Shown: positions 20,353 to 30,307, counted from the stretch's first letter. The stretch is DNA of 64,000 nucleotides from Bacteroidales bacterium (GCA_021738565.1 JAIPBT010000005.1:21508-85507), one strand, 5' to 3'. Made by a program: numbers and translations. Notes: generated from the letters alone by a model not told the origin.

Positions 20353-20434
20353 ACCCTTCACCGATTTTATAACTCAACCGGATCAGAACCTGGTGGACAA
20401 TGAGGAGCATTTTACAGTCCTGCTGAAAGATTGA

Positions 20435-21445
20435 CTACTTTTCCCACACGATGGGTGCCAGGTAGATCCCGCGCTCATCATTGCCGCGCCATTGATAAGC
20501 CAGCAGGTATTCTTTTCCTTCGTGGGTAACAATTTCCGGGGCCAGTCGTTTGATTGGATCTCCGGGCGCCAGTTCCGCGACAGGAGGGCCCGACCATTGC
20601 AGCGGATTTTTTGAGCGATAGACATAAAGCTGCTCAAAGCGGTAGTAATAATCACCGCGTTTTACCACCAGGGGACTCTCGGCATATACAAAAAAGTAGT
20701 CTTCAGCCGGGGGAAGTGTAATGGGTTGTATTTCAACTGCCTCTTCGCTCCATGGACCTTCCGGTTTTTCAGCGGTCCTGGCACGGATGGTATGATCATT
20801 GGTAGCAGGATTGATCCCTTTTTCGGGGGAGGTATAATAGGCTATCCATTTACCGGAGCCTTCGCGGTCATCCAGGATACAAACATCTCTACCCATGGAA
20901 AAGACGGGTTCCGTTCCAAAAGGTTCAAAGTCGATCCCGTTCGCGCTTGTCATCAAATGGCACCCGCGGCTGTTATAGAAAAGGTAATGTTTGTCACCGG
21001 CCTTCACATGGAAGGGTGCCTGCAACCTTCCTTCCGCATGGTTCCACCCGGGTTTCGAAGAGAGGAAGATCCCCTCCGGGGTCCAGCCCTCGGAAAGCAG
21101 ATCGTTACCTGACCAACGGTACAGGAGTCTGCCGCTGCCGGGTTGGGTGGTATTGCGAACACAAGCAATAAGCTGCCAGGTTCCGTCATCGGACTGAAAG
21201 CATGTAAAGTCCACCGGCTCAGCTTCCGGTGAGGCCCACTTTTCAAGCCGGGGCCGGCCGACAAGTTGTATCCACGGTCCATCAAGCCGGGGAACCATCG
21301 GACCACATTGCTCATATGCTGCTGCCTCAGCAGTATCATTAATGCCCTGCGCCGGGAGTTGTACATACAATACATTCAGGAAAAACAGGGTTTGAAAAAT
21401 AAGAATTATACGTCCGGGAGTATATTTGAATGTTGCCATAAACAT
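20435..21445 (-). CDS. Exported beta-propeller glycosidase-like protein (GH43/GH117-like fold, family not recognised)
   Basis: The ORF is listed to 21565. I trimmed it to the Met preceding the signal-like MFMATFKYTPGRIILIFQTLFFLNVLYVQLPAQG, because the extension overlaps the divergent neighbour. Blade-like blocks: DGTWQLIACV, KHYLFYNS, KWIAYYTS, DYYYRFEQ, EYLLAYQW. Confidence 0.5.
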   Translation of the reverse strand: MFMATFKYTPGRIILIFQTLFFLNVLYVQLPAQGINDTAEAAAYEQCGPMVPRLDGPWIQLVGRPRLEKWASPEAEPVDFTCFQSDDGTWQLIACVRNTTQPGSGRLLYRWSGNDLLSEGWTPEGIFLSSKPGWNHAEGRLQAPFHVKAGDKHYLFYNSRGCHLMTSANGIDFEPFGTEPVFSMGRDVCILDDREGSGKWIAYYTSPEKGINPATNDHTIRARTAEKPEGPWSEEAVEIQPITLPPAEDYFFVYAESPLVVKRGDYYYRFEQLYVYRSKNPLQWSGPPVAELAPGDPIKRLAPEIVTHEGKEYLLAYQWRGNDERGIYLAPIVWEK

Positions 21446-21503
21446 AATTTGTATACAACCAAAGATTTCTCCAATTTTAAGAAAAAATACAATTTCATAT
21501 CTC

Positions 21504-22907
21504 ATGATAAAGAAAAAAATAAAAATTCCGTTCCCTGTTTTAATAATTATCTTCACTCTAGCCACCGGATCTACAGAAAATTTACGGGCGCAAGTGATTC
21601 CATATCCAGAAATTTCGGAGCTGGAAACCAGTGAATTATTCTCAGTGAAAGTAAATGGTCAACCAATATGGACCGAGAATTATACCATACAAATGGATAT
21701 GGCGAAAATGCCGGAATGGTTTAATGCTCCTTACGTAAGTAATCAGCAGGTTATCCACCAGGCAAGCTTTTCAGGTGAAGGAGACCTTCGTATTTCCATC
21801 CGTGTTCCGGAACAAATTATCAATGCACGGGTAAGACCTTTAAGCCGCAATATAAAACCTGCGGTTTCAGGAAATGAAGTATCATTTTCAATACCCGGTC
21901 CGGATAAATTGTATATTGAGATTAACGGTCTGCCTCCACTTTATTTATTTGCCGATCCGGTGGAAGCAGAAAAACACTCACCCGACGATCCGGGGATGCA
22001 CTATTTCAGACCGGGGGTCCATCATCCGGGATATATTACTTTGAAAGACAACGAAACACTCTACATTGCAGCCGGGGCACTTGTTTATGGCGGCATCCGT
22101 GCAGAGAATGCTTCTAATATACGCGTGCTCGGTCGTGGTATTCTGGATGGAAACTATGAATTCCGGAGAATGGTTAGAATGGAAAATTGCAGCGACATAC
22201 TGGTGGAAGGAATTTATATGCGTAACAGTGTCGGATGGACCAATACACTGATTAACTGTGATACATTGAATTACAGGGGAGTTAAGGTAATGGGATTCGG
22301 ACCCAGCAGTGACGGGATCAATCCGCTCGGATCCAGGGAAGTGGAGATTTCCGATTGCTTTCTCAGGTGCACCGATGATTGTATTGCCCTTAAAAATCCC
22401 TATCCCGGACAAGAGGTAAAAAATGTGTTGGTGAAGAACAATACCATGTACGGTTTCGCTTATAGCGATGGTATAACAATTGGCTTCGAAACCAACAATC
22501 CGGTAACCAATGTCACTGTTCAGAATTGTGATATTCTAATGGCCAGGGGTGGCAGCATGGTTGAAGGACACAGCGGATTTAGCATCATTTGCGATGGCCC
22601 GGGAATAATTAGCAATATTTTGTTTGAAAATATTCGTGTTGAAAAAGCCGAAGAGAAACTATTTGAGCTTCATATTACAGATGGAACAGATTATGGAGAC
22701 GATCCCCCGGGTCATATAAAGGACGTTGTAGTGAAAAATGTACATTGGATGGAAGAGGGACCAATTATTCTAAAAGGGTTCAATCCCGATCACCAGGTGA
22801 GGAATGTTGTTTTCGAGAACTGTTCCGTAGCCGGCAATCCGTTAAAATCAACAAAGGACCCGTATTTTAAGATTGGCAGTTTTGTAGAGGGTATCTCTGT
22901 CAGATGA
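21504..22907 (+). CDS. Exported right-handed beta-helix glycosidase (GH28-like)
   Basis: Trimmed to MIKKKIKIPFPVLIIIFTLATG (signal). SSDGINPLGSREVEISDCFLRCTDDCIALK resembles the GH28-type catalytic Asp cluster. Repeated beta-helix turns follow. Confidence 0.55.
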   Translation: MIKKKIKIPFPVLIIIFTLATGSTENLRAQVIPYPEISELETSELFSVKVNGQPIWTENYTIQMDMAKMPEWFNAPYVSNQQVIHQASFSGEGDLRISIRVPEQIINARVRPLSRNIKPAVSGNEVSFSIPGPDKLYIEINGLPPLYLFADPVEAEKHSPDDPGMHYFRPGVHHPGYITLKDNETLYIAAGALVYGGIRAENASNIRVLGRGILDGNYEFRRMVRMENCSDILVEGIYMRNSVGWTNTLINCDTLNYRGVKVMGFGPSSDGINPLGSREVEISDCFLRCTDDCIALKNPYPGQEVKNVLVKNNTMYGFAYSDGITIGFETNNPVTNVTVQNCDILMARGGSMVEGHSGFSIICDGPGIISNILFENIRVEKAEEKLFELHITDGTDYGDDPPGHIKDVVVKNVHWMEEGPIILKGFNPDHQVRNVVFENCSVAGNPLKSTKDPYFKIGSFVEGISVR

Positions 22908-23046
22908 CTTCCAGATTCCGTTTTTATATCCTGCAGGAAGTAATGTCTTCATTGAAAAACCCGCTAAGACCGGATCCAGCTGGTTATGAGTTAATAATTA
23001 TTATTTGTTTTCAAAAACATATATTTTTGTATATAAACAGAAACAA

Positions 23047-23190
23047 ATGTGGGTTGAATTTCAAGCTAAAATGGGGCCATTCAGGGTTTTTTCAGTTAGG
23101 AATGTGGAAAAGCAATTTCCATCCATTAACCTGATGAACCTTTTCTGCTGGCAGGGAAAAGCTATATCGTAAAGTTAAAGAACAAGTGGC
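23047..23190 (+). pseudogene. AbiEi-family antitoxin N-terminal remnant (frameshifted)
   Basis: MWVEFQAKMGPFRVFSVRNVEKQFPSINLMNLFCWQGK, then a frameshift into SYIVKLKNKWHAIF. Region 23023-23165 is clearly homologous at the nucleotide level to 51404-51548, the start of the AbiE remnant at 51.4 kb. Confidence 0.6.
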
Positions 23191-23391
23191 ATGCCATTTT
23201 CCCCTGCATTTTCCGCTATTTGCTTACATTCATTAAAAACTTACCAATCACAAAAATCCCTTCAATCATCCAAATCCAGTTAAAGATATCCTGACCATTG
23301 AAATTGACAAACCAATCGCTTATAATGTTGAGATCCATTCCCTTCGTAAAAAGTTAATTTATAGGAATAAACTGTAACCTGGGTACATCTA

Positions 23392-24066
23392 TCAAATATC
23401 AATTGCTGTCAGCTCAATTTTTCTGAATTCAACTTCAGAACCTTCTGCCTGCAGGGCGATCTGTCCCTTTGTGGCGGTACAGTCATACCCGTGATTCACC
23501 TTTTCCCCGTTGACCCAGACCTTAATCTCATCCCCTACACACTCAATCACCATGGTGTTCCATTCTCCAACCGGCTTCTCGGCAGCCTTCAGATGCTTTA
23601 TGTTTCTTCCTTTCCCCTCGGTGATTCCCCAGTTTTCTTCGGGTCCGCGCCGGGCTTCCATGTTATCAACCTTGATATCCTCCACGATACACCAGAAATC
23701 TCCGGCATTGTTATGCTGCATCTGCACCTCCAGTGATTGCGGGAACATGCCGTACAATGCCCGTGGTGTACTTGCGTGCACCAGCACACCGCAATTCCCG
23801 GGCGTGCCGGCAAAACGGTATTCCACCTTCAACCTGTAATTGGAGTAAATTTCATCGGTAATAAGATGACCTCCGGGTGTGCCAAGACTTACCAGCATTC
23901 CGTCACGCACAACAAAGGGGTTGATGGTATCCGGATTCGAATCCATTGCCGGCACATCGATATGCCATCCGCTCAAATCAGTGCCATTGAACAGACTGAC
24001 AGGATCAGAATTTGAATTACTGCAGGAAACAAGAAAAAGGAGCAATAGTAAGAGTGAAGTTTTCAT
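23392..24066 (-). CDS. DUF1080 (3-keto-disaccharide hydrolase-like) lipoprotein
   Basis: Start trimmed to MKTSLLLLLLFLVSC. LFNGTDLSGWH near the N-terminus and a C-terminal IALQAEGSEVEFRKIEL are typical of DUF1080. Confidence 0.75.
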   Translation of the reverse strand: MKTSLLLLLLFLVSCSNSNSDPVSLFNGTDLSGWHIDVPAMDSNPDTINPFVVRDGMLVSLGTPGGHLITDEIYSNYRLKVEYRFAGTPGNCGVLVHASTPRALYGMFPQSLEVQMQHNNAGDFWCIVEDIKVDNMEARRGPEENWGITEGKGRNIKHLKAAEKPVGEWNTMVIECVGDEIKVWVNGEKVNHGYDCTATKGQIALQAEGSEVEFRKIELTAIDI

Positions 24067-24443
24067 AGTATTGATTTTGTTTAGAACTATAAACTTACAT
24101 AAAACCACCGGATCATCCATTTACAATAAGAAAAAATTCAGAATTTCCACAAAGCAATTAACCTGAATTATTCATGAGTTTTTCGAATGATATATATTTC
24201 CAATTTTGTTTAACATATCAGCTCTGGATTTGGGCGTTATACAATATTTTAAAATTCTTATTTCATGGTCACCTGGTTCGACACTTTCTCTGACACTTTC
24301 CTGGTCACTTACATAGTTACTTTCTTGGTTACCTTGGTTACCATCAACCTTTCCATTGAAATCCTTATTTACAAATAGCACAGAAAGAAAGTAAGTACAC
24401 TGTTCATCTGTTTCTATATGAGGAGGAGGTGTGTTATCGGGGA

Positions 24444-24596
24444 AGCGACCCCCTGATTATGAGTTTCAAATTGGGAATTCCACAGGTTTACACAAGTTTG
24501 TATCCCTTTGTACCAGTTTAAGTTAAAGTTGATTAAATGTAAAATATTACATGGGTTTACATTGATTTGTTGAAATACTGGCGGGGAAACTGGCAC
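24444..24596. repeat. Junction J1: 21-nt tRNA-Met core copy (24444-24464) + B arm (24537-24596)
   Basis: agcgaccccctgattatgagt is identical to 61340-61360 inside the tRNA gene. The B arm atgtaaaatattacatgggtttacattgatttgttgaaatactggcggggaaactggcac is about 80% identical to 49728-49787 and 59751-59810. Confidence 0.75.
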
Positions 24597-24692
24597 TAAA
24601 ATTTCGAAAATCTTTGTTGATAGATATTGAAGAGATAATTAATCGTAGATTTGGAATATAGTCTGAACAAACAGCTTCCTAAACATGGGAAG
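24575..24692 (+). promoter_or_regulatory. Conserved upstream element R1 (homolog R2 at 44763-44882), includes a Bacteroidetes-type -7 box
   Basis: About 115 nt align with 44763-44882 at roughly 75% identity by eye. TAGATTTG (24646-24653) matches the TAnnTTTG -7 consensus. An inverted repeat (24650-24657 / 24675-24682) sits at the same place as a perfect 8-bp one in R2. Confidence 0.4.
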
Positions 24693-24709
24693 TTTACAAA
24701 TTATTAAAG

Positions 24710-26167
24710 ATGAGAAATACTAATCTAATTTTACCAGCTCTTCTTCTAATATTTTTAGTCCCTATACAAATATTATCTGCTCAATTTATTTTTACTGGTC
24801 CCGACCGTGTAAGAACCCCACTGAAGGTGGAAATGAAAATGATTGGTACCATTATTCCCCGAAGCACTAACGAAGTTTTATCATCCCGGTTAACGGTAGG
24901 GTGTGAAACCCTGGATCGCGATCACACGGTATGGGATAATTACAAAGATTATTTACCTCCACTTGGAATTAAAAAAATAAGGTTACAGGCTGGTTGGGCT
25001 AAGTGCGAAAGGGTTCCGGGAGTTTATGATTGGCAGTGGCTCGATGAAATTATCGATTTTGCCGTGGCCAACAATATTGAACCATGGGTACAAACTTCAT
25101 ACGGAAATCCAATCTATAACGGCGGCGGCGGGGTGAACCTTTTAAATAGCTTAATGACTTCAGAAGAAGCATGGTCTGCATGGGACCGATGGGTAGAAGC
25201 GCTGGTAACCCGTTACAAAGACCGTGTAATTGAGTGGGAGATCTGGAATGAACCCGATCATCCAATGCAAAGCATTACTCCTGAAACAACAGCACAGTTG
25301 AACATCCGCACGGCAGAAATTATCAAACGGGTTCAACCTGAAGCAAAAATAGCAGGACTCGCTTACACATCAAATAGCGATAAAGTTTATCTCGACAAAT
25401 TTTTGAAAGTAATTGCTGATTCCAGGAAGCTTGATTTATTTGATTGGATTAGCTACCACAGCTATACCATACGACCCGAAGATGCCTATACTGAAAAAAG
25501 GGTACTCGGGTTAAGGTCAGTAGTTGAAAAGTATTCAAAAGATATTCTTCTTCGGCAGGGAGAGAATGGTGCTCCTTCAACGTATATTCCAAGTTTTGCG
25601 CTCTCTGAATACTATTGGACCGAATATACACAGGCGAAATACAACATGCGCAGGATGCTGGGAGACCTTGGGCACGACATAGAAACATCGGTATTCACAA
25701 TTATCGATATTTATTACAATTGGGGCGACAGGGCTGTTCTCAATACCAAAGGATTAATCCAGTCGGATATTACTATGGCTGCCATCCGTCCAAAAGTAGC
25801 ATATTATGCCATTCAAAACCTCGCTGCCATCTTCGATAACCACATGATGCTCAATCCAGACTTTAAATACTCCACCACAAACCGGGAATCGTTGTCTGTT
25901 TATGGGTATCAGCATCAGCCAACCCAAACTCCACTGGTAGCGCTTTGGCTGGATGGAGAAAATGTTACCAATTCATTTAAAACAACCATGATAAACATCA
26001 CTGTTGAAAATGGTATCTTTAAAGAACCGGTCTGGGTAGATTTAATGACAGGCGACATTTACGAAATTCCAAAATCACAAAGGAGCAAATCCAGGGACAA
26101 ATACACCTTCAACATTCCGTTGTATGATTCACCTGTTTTACTTACGGAACAATCATTTATTAGGTAA
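24710..26167 (+). CDS. Exported clan GH-A glycoside hydrolase (GH39/GH5-like)
   Basis: 485 aa with a signal peptide. GCETLDRD, IRLQAGWAKCE and EWEIWNEPDH (NEP acid/base motif) indicate a TIM-barrel glycosidase. Confidence 0.6.
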   Translation: MRNTNLILPALLLIFLVPIQILSAQFIFTGPDRVRTPLKVEMKMIGTIIPRSTNEVLSSRLTVGCETLDRDHTVWDNYKDYLPPLGIKKIRLQAGWAKCERVPGVYDWQWLDEIIDFAVANNIEPWVQTSYGNPIYNGGGGVNLLNSLMTSEEAWSAWDRWVEALVTRYKDRVIEWEIWNEPDHPMQSITPETTAQLNIRTAEIIKRVQPEAKIAGLAYTSNSDKVYLDKFLKVIADSRKLDLFDWISYHSYTIRPEDAYTEKRVLGLRSVVEKYSKDILLRQGENGAPSTYIPSFALSEYYWTEYTQAKYNMRRMLGDLGHDIETSVFTIIDIYYNWGDRAVLNTKGLIQSDITMAAIRPKVAYYAIQNLAAIFDNHMMLNPDFKYSTTNRESLSVYGYQHQPTQTPLVALWLDGENVTNSFKTTMINITVENGIFKEPVWVDLMTGDIYEIPKSQRSKSRDKYTFNIPLYDSPVLLTEQSFIR

Positions 26168-26268
26168 TTCAATCCTTGCGAGATTGGCCTGGATTTAACA
26201 GGTGGAGGTTACGGTGTACAGTATATCCGGAATTTGCAAACAGGAAAGATCCACATGCCCGATACTTT

Positions 26269-27570
26269 TTATTCCTTAACAGCAAGTAATTGACCCATAA
26301 CAGCCACACTTTCTTCATATATCTTTTCAACTTTATCCATGTTGAATTGAAGTTTTGCCATTGCCCTATCGTAATCTTTCCAAATATCCAGAAGCTTGTC
26401 GGCTATTTGTTTTCCACTCGTCTCATCAATTTCAAAAGTCCAGTCGTCAAAACCCAAATCATAATACATTTGGCCTTTTATCGTGTCTTCAGGTTGACGT
26501 AAATAGAACATCGGTGTGCCGTTAGCAGCTGCGATGATAGGTGAATGGCACTCAAAACTCAATACTGTATGGGCTTTAGAATAAATCGAAGCGGCCTCGT
26601 CCGGAAGCCAATATCCTCGTTTGACAACAAATGGTTTAACATCTGCCGGGAGTGGGTCGATCAATAATTCATCCATAATATCCACCTGATAGGTCATTTC
26701 GGGACATACCAATACTTTATTACCCGTTTCGCGCACCCAGGCGATCATGGCTTCTCGCATTTTGGCATGATCAATTTCCTTGTATTTTTCGTTGGTCTTC
26801 TCCACAAAGCTTATTCGTTCATCACTCCAATTATTTTTGTTTTGGTAGATCTTGTGATAAGGAGTATATCGCAAACGGGGAATTACACAAATAAACTTTC
26901 GTTCTTCCAATCCATTGTCTCCTCTGAATTTGTTTGCCTTTTCATCATCACGGATGTGCATATAAAAAGTGGCATCGGGAGTAAACCGGACATGTCCTCC
27001 TTCAATGCCAGCCTGTCTTAAGTGACTTATTGAATCCGTTTCACGTGTAAAAATAAACGAGGCCTTTTTCAAAATATTCAAATGGTACGCTCCCGGATGT
27101 TGTAAGGTGGTTCCAAAAACACCAAAAGCTTTAGAGGTATGTTTCATCCAACATGCAAGGTTATCGGCTCCAACCAGCAAAGGGCCTGAGCCATGAATCA
27201 TCATGTCGGATTCTTCAAAGGCCTTCAAAATTTCAGGATTATCCGGATCATTCTCTGTATTTACGCTGCTATGAAGGATTTTAACTTTAGGAAAATTCTT
27301 GTTTAATAGCTTCTCAACCTCCTCTCCATTACTACGTTTCCAAAGGATAACTTTTGATTCAGGAAGAAAAGTTTCCAGAATGTGGAGTAAGCCAGGCGTG
27401 TGTCCAATATCCCCGATATTTACATCCTGCCAGCCCGAGACTACAAGAATTGTCATTCCTTTACCACTCCTATTACGATTTCCGCTTCTTCCACAAGAAA
27501 TTAATAGTTCACTAATTAGCAGGCCAGCAGTACTTAAACCAATTGTTTGTAATAATTTTCTTCTGTTCAT
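26269..27570 (-). CDS. Polysaccharide pyruvyl-transferase-family protein with Tat/lipoprotein export signal
   Basis: 433 aa. N-terminus MNRRKLLQTIGLSTAGLLISELLISC has a twin-Arg-like motif plus a lipobox Cys. ILVVSGWQDVNIGDIGHTPGLL resembles the N-terminal motif of the PS_pyruv_trans fold. The family call is from memory. Confidence 0.5.
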   Translation of the reverse strand: MNRRKLLQTIGLSTAGLLISELLISCGRSGNRNRSGKGMTILVVSGWQDVNIGDIGHTPGLLHILETFLPESKVILWKRSNGEEVEKLLNKNFPKVKILHSSVNTENDPDNPEILKAFEESDMMIHGSGPLLVGADNLACWMKHTSKAFGVFGTTLQHPGAYHLNILKKASFIFTRETDSISHLRQAGIEGGHVRFTPDATFYMHIRDDEKANKFRGDNGLEERKFICVIPRLRYTPYHKIYQNKNNWSDERISFVEKTNEKYKEIDHAKMREAMIAWVRETGNKVLVCPEMTYQVDIMDELLIDPLPADVKPFVVKRGYWLPDEAASIYSKAHTVLSFECHSPIIAAANGTPMFYLRQPEDTIKGQMYYDLGFDDWTFEIDETSGKQIADKLLDIWKDYDRAMAKLQFNMDKVEKIYEESVAVMGQLLAVKE

Positions 27571-27920
27571 CTCAATTTAAAAATTTGTGCTATCAGGGGA
27601 AATATTCTCATTTAAGCCAGCCCTTTTCTGAGAATAATCAGTTCAGATCGATGTTGCATTTGTTTATCACTATTATCCGAATAATTGATCAAGTCGATGA
27701 TTTTTCTTCTGCATTGCCCACAAACAAATTCTATTCACATTATCGGGATGATCATTTTTGAGAAAATTGTAAAACATTATCATGAAGCAGGATAACTGTT
27801 AAAATCAATTGTAAAAATATGCAAATTGTATGTAAATAAAAAGCAGCTATAGATTCAATCTTAGAGGCCTTTGTCGCATCACAGTGTGCGGTCGGATACA
27901 TCCGTTACGGAGGGAAGTCG

Positions 27921-28025
27921 AATCTGATTCATCTACCTTTCGATGATGAAATAATATATGGCTACCTGAAAGGCATATATTATACCATTATACTTAAAGA
28001 TATTGTGGCCAGATATATTATTAGG
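27921..28025 (+). pseudogene. Short internal fragment of an AAA/DUF4143-type ATPase gene
   Basis: It translates to NLIHLPFDDEIIYGYLKGIYYTIILKDIVARYIIR. Compare ILNSIKNGYLLKDILEFD in the intact ATPase at 49909..51036. No start codon and no Walker motifs are present. Confidence 0.3.
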
Positions 28026-28075
28026 GTTATGTTTGTATATTACGCTCTGCCGAGTAAACCTGAAATTCGTAAATC

Positions 28076-30307
28076 ATGAAATTAATTCGCTTTTTCTTAC
28101 TATTAACCCCTGTGATTCTGGGTATAAATGTTTATGCACAGAAGACCTATAACCATCATCCTCAAATTCCATTTATGAATGATTTGGTTTTGGTGGAAGA
28201 AATAACCTGTTCCTCTGCTGAACCGGTCGTCGTTAATGGAGTAACTGAAGTCAAAACGATTTTGGGAAAAAGCTGCAGAGTACTCAGGCCATCTTCTGAA
28301 GCTTCGTGGCTCGCTTACCGACTGGGCACCGATGGGAATCTTGAACCTGGAAAGGCCTATTTTCTGGAAATTGAATACCCGGATGATGTGGATCGAAGTT
28401 TTATTATTCATAACAGGGGAGGTGAGTATAATAGGGGCCTTCAGACGGGAAAAACACTTGGCGACAGCTATCATCCGCCGTATGTGCCAAGCAATGCCGA
28501 ATCTATTTCTCTGCCCCATAGCAATCAATATAAAAAATGGCAAACTTTGTTTTGGCTTCACGATCGTTATGCGGGAATTGAACTGCCCCGAAATTCCGGG
28601 AATAGACCAGAAGGTCCGGCTGATGGATTCCTGGTTATTGTTTCACAGTTTGACAGTTATAATGCTCCAATGAATAATGGAGCAGCAGTTACTGCTATCA
28701 GGTTGTATGAAGCCCCCGATTTTGAAACAATGAAAATGGATATTCATTATCCTCCGGATCATTTACCACACCGACACCTGTTTTTCAGGGAAGAGATGGC
28801 GGATGGTGTCGTAAACAATGATCCTCCAGCGCTGAAAAATCCCATCGACTGGTATGAACACAAAGCGCAATTGATGCACTTCCTGGGTATGAACACTTTT
28901 TCAAAAGATTTACTGGAATTTGGCCACAATCAGGGTTGGGATCCGGGATCATATATTGAACTGGTAAACACCTCTCCTTCATCCAAAGACCGCTGGGGGA
29001 AAACCATAGAAATGCTAAAGAATTATGAGCTGGATGTTATTCCTTACTACGAATATGCCGGAACCATCGGTCCAAAGGGACTTGGCTCAGAGAAAAGAGC
29101 CCGGCCACTTGGTGACAGCCTGGAAAACAATAACTATACCCACATCTCCTGGACCGAAAAAGCCAATGCCGACATTACCGATCCGGATACCTACAGCGAT
29201 TTGAAAAAAGTACTCGAACGCACCATAGTTGAATACAAAGATGAGGTGAATTTTGTAGGGGCATGGTTTCGTCCACGTCCCAGCGCCAATCCGGTAAGTT
29301 TTTCCGATGCTGCACTTCAGCGATTCAGTACTGAAACCAATCATGAGCCTGTTAGCCGTGAAGAACTGCGAATGAACAGCGGGCTTTATGATGAATACTT
29401 GAAGTGGTGGTTGGGAAAGCGAAAAGATTTTCTCTTGGCTATGCGCGACTATTTGAAGGAAGTAGAAGTAAATGACGATCCAGTGATATTGTATACAACC
29501 GATGCATCAGAATCTGGCAAAACACATCCCGATTGGTCTCAAAATCATAATATTATCGTCGATGATGTGGCAGCCTGGGAAAAATTACCTGGCGACTATC
29601 CGGTTTTCAGTTTGAAAGAAATAATTGAGAGTCAGCATCATTTACAAGCACAGCTCATGCCGGTGAAAAGTTGGGGTAACTGGGAATGGAATCATTCTAT
29701 ACCACCTCCCGATCCGGATAACTACAAAAATACCAAAGGAGTTGTAATGACCTATACCTTCAATAAAGCATATACTGTGGGAAGCAAAACTGCCTTCGAC
29801 AATTTCCGGTCAGAATCGGGACTAGCCATTATCAGACATTACTGTTTAAATGAAAATGCCATGAAAGGGTTAGGGTATTTTGTATCGGATATAGAATGGC
29901 ATGACTGTTACACTATGCTTGGTGAGGCCCGGGCAATGGCCAATGGCGATCCCTGGTTCATCGGGTATCTGGCATCTTCTGCCTTTAACAGAGCTTCTCT
30001 TCCATACGTGCGGGATTTCAATGCTAATTTTCTTGCGCTTCCCGCGCTTACTTCCGAATTGCTGGAAAATGCAACCAAAGATGAGGAAATAGTGGTTCGA
30101 AAAATCGAAACAGAGGCAAGTGGTACCTATCTGGCCGTTGTCAATACCGGGTTGATAGATAAATTCGGAGTAAAGATCTCCCTGCCGTATAAATGCGATG
30201 TAGTGGAGGCCAAAACAGGCAAGATGATTTTTACAGGAGTATCGAAAATAGAACTCGATATGTATCCAGTGCAGCTTAAATCTCTGATTATTTTTCCGAT
30301 TAGTTAA
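28076..30307 (+). CDS. Exported 743-aa protein of unknown family
   Basis: Long ORF with a signal peptide (MKLIRFFLLLTPVILGINVYAQ). I recognise no motif. Confidence 0.7.
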   Translation: MKLIRFFLLLTPVILGINVYAQKTYNHHPQIPFMNDLVLVEEITCSSAEPVVVNGVTEVKTILGKSCRVLRPSSEASWLAYRLGTDGNLEPGKAYFLEIEYPDDVDRSFIIHNRGGEYNRGLQTGKTLGDSYHPPYVPSNAESISLPHSNQYKKWQTLFWLHDRYAGIELPRNSGNRPEGPADGFLVIVSQFDSYNAPMNNGAAVTAIRLYEAPDFETMKMDIHYPPDHLPHRHLFFREEMADGVVNNDPPALKNPIDWYEHKAQLMHFLGMNTFSKDLLEFGHNQGWDPGSYIELVNTSPSSKDRWGKTIEMLKNYELDVIPYYEYAGTIGPKGLGSEKRARPLGDSLENNNYTHISWTEKANADITDPDTYSDLKKVLERTIVEYKDEVNFVGAWFRPRPSANPVSFSDAALQRFSTETNHEPVSREELRMNSGLYDEYLKWWLGKRKDFLLAMRDYLKEVEVNDDPVILYTTDASESGKTHPDWSQNHNIIVDDVAAWEKLPGDYPVFSLKEIIESQHHLQAQLMPVKSWGNWEWNHSIPPPDPDNYKNTKGVVMTYTFNKAYTVGSKTAFDNFRSESGLAIIRHYCLNENAMKGLGYFVSDIEWHDCYTMLGEARAMANGDPWFIGYLASSAFNRASLPYVRDFNANFLALPALTSELLENATKDEEIVVRKIETEASGTYLAVVNTGLIDKFGVKISLPYKCDVVEAKTGKMIFTGVSKIELDMYPVQLKSLIIFPIS

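Noticed and set aside
21426-21565. Overlapping N-terminal extensions of the divergent ORFs 20435..21565 and 21426..22907
   Set aside because: Both extensions precede clear signal peptides that start at internal Met codons (21445 and 21504), and they overlap each other. I trimmed both.
24172-24381. 69-aa minus-strand ORF next to junction J1
   Set aside because: The tail ILKYCITPKSRADMLNKIGNIYHSKN faintly resembles the C-terminal wHTH of AlbA_2/ATPase-type regulators, so it may be another gene remnant. The evidence is too thin to call a feature.
24591-24606. TGGCAC in the B and F arms read as a sigma-54 -24 element
   Set aside because: The required -12 TTGC at the fixed spacing is absent or poor: TTTC at 24602, ACTT at 49794, ACCA at 59816. 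Copy R2 has TGTCAC. The direct repeat CTGGC-N6/7-CTGGCA explains the conservation better.
30300-30307. 8-nt overlap of convergent genes (ttagttaa holds both stop codons)
   Set aside because: It is real in the sequence but a common compaction feature. No hairpin or regulatory signal is apparent.
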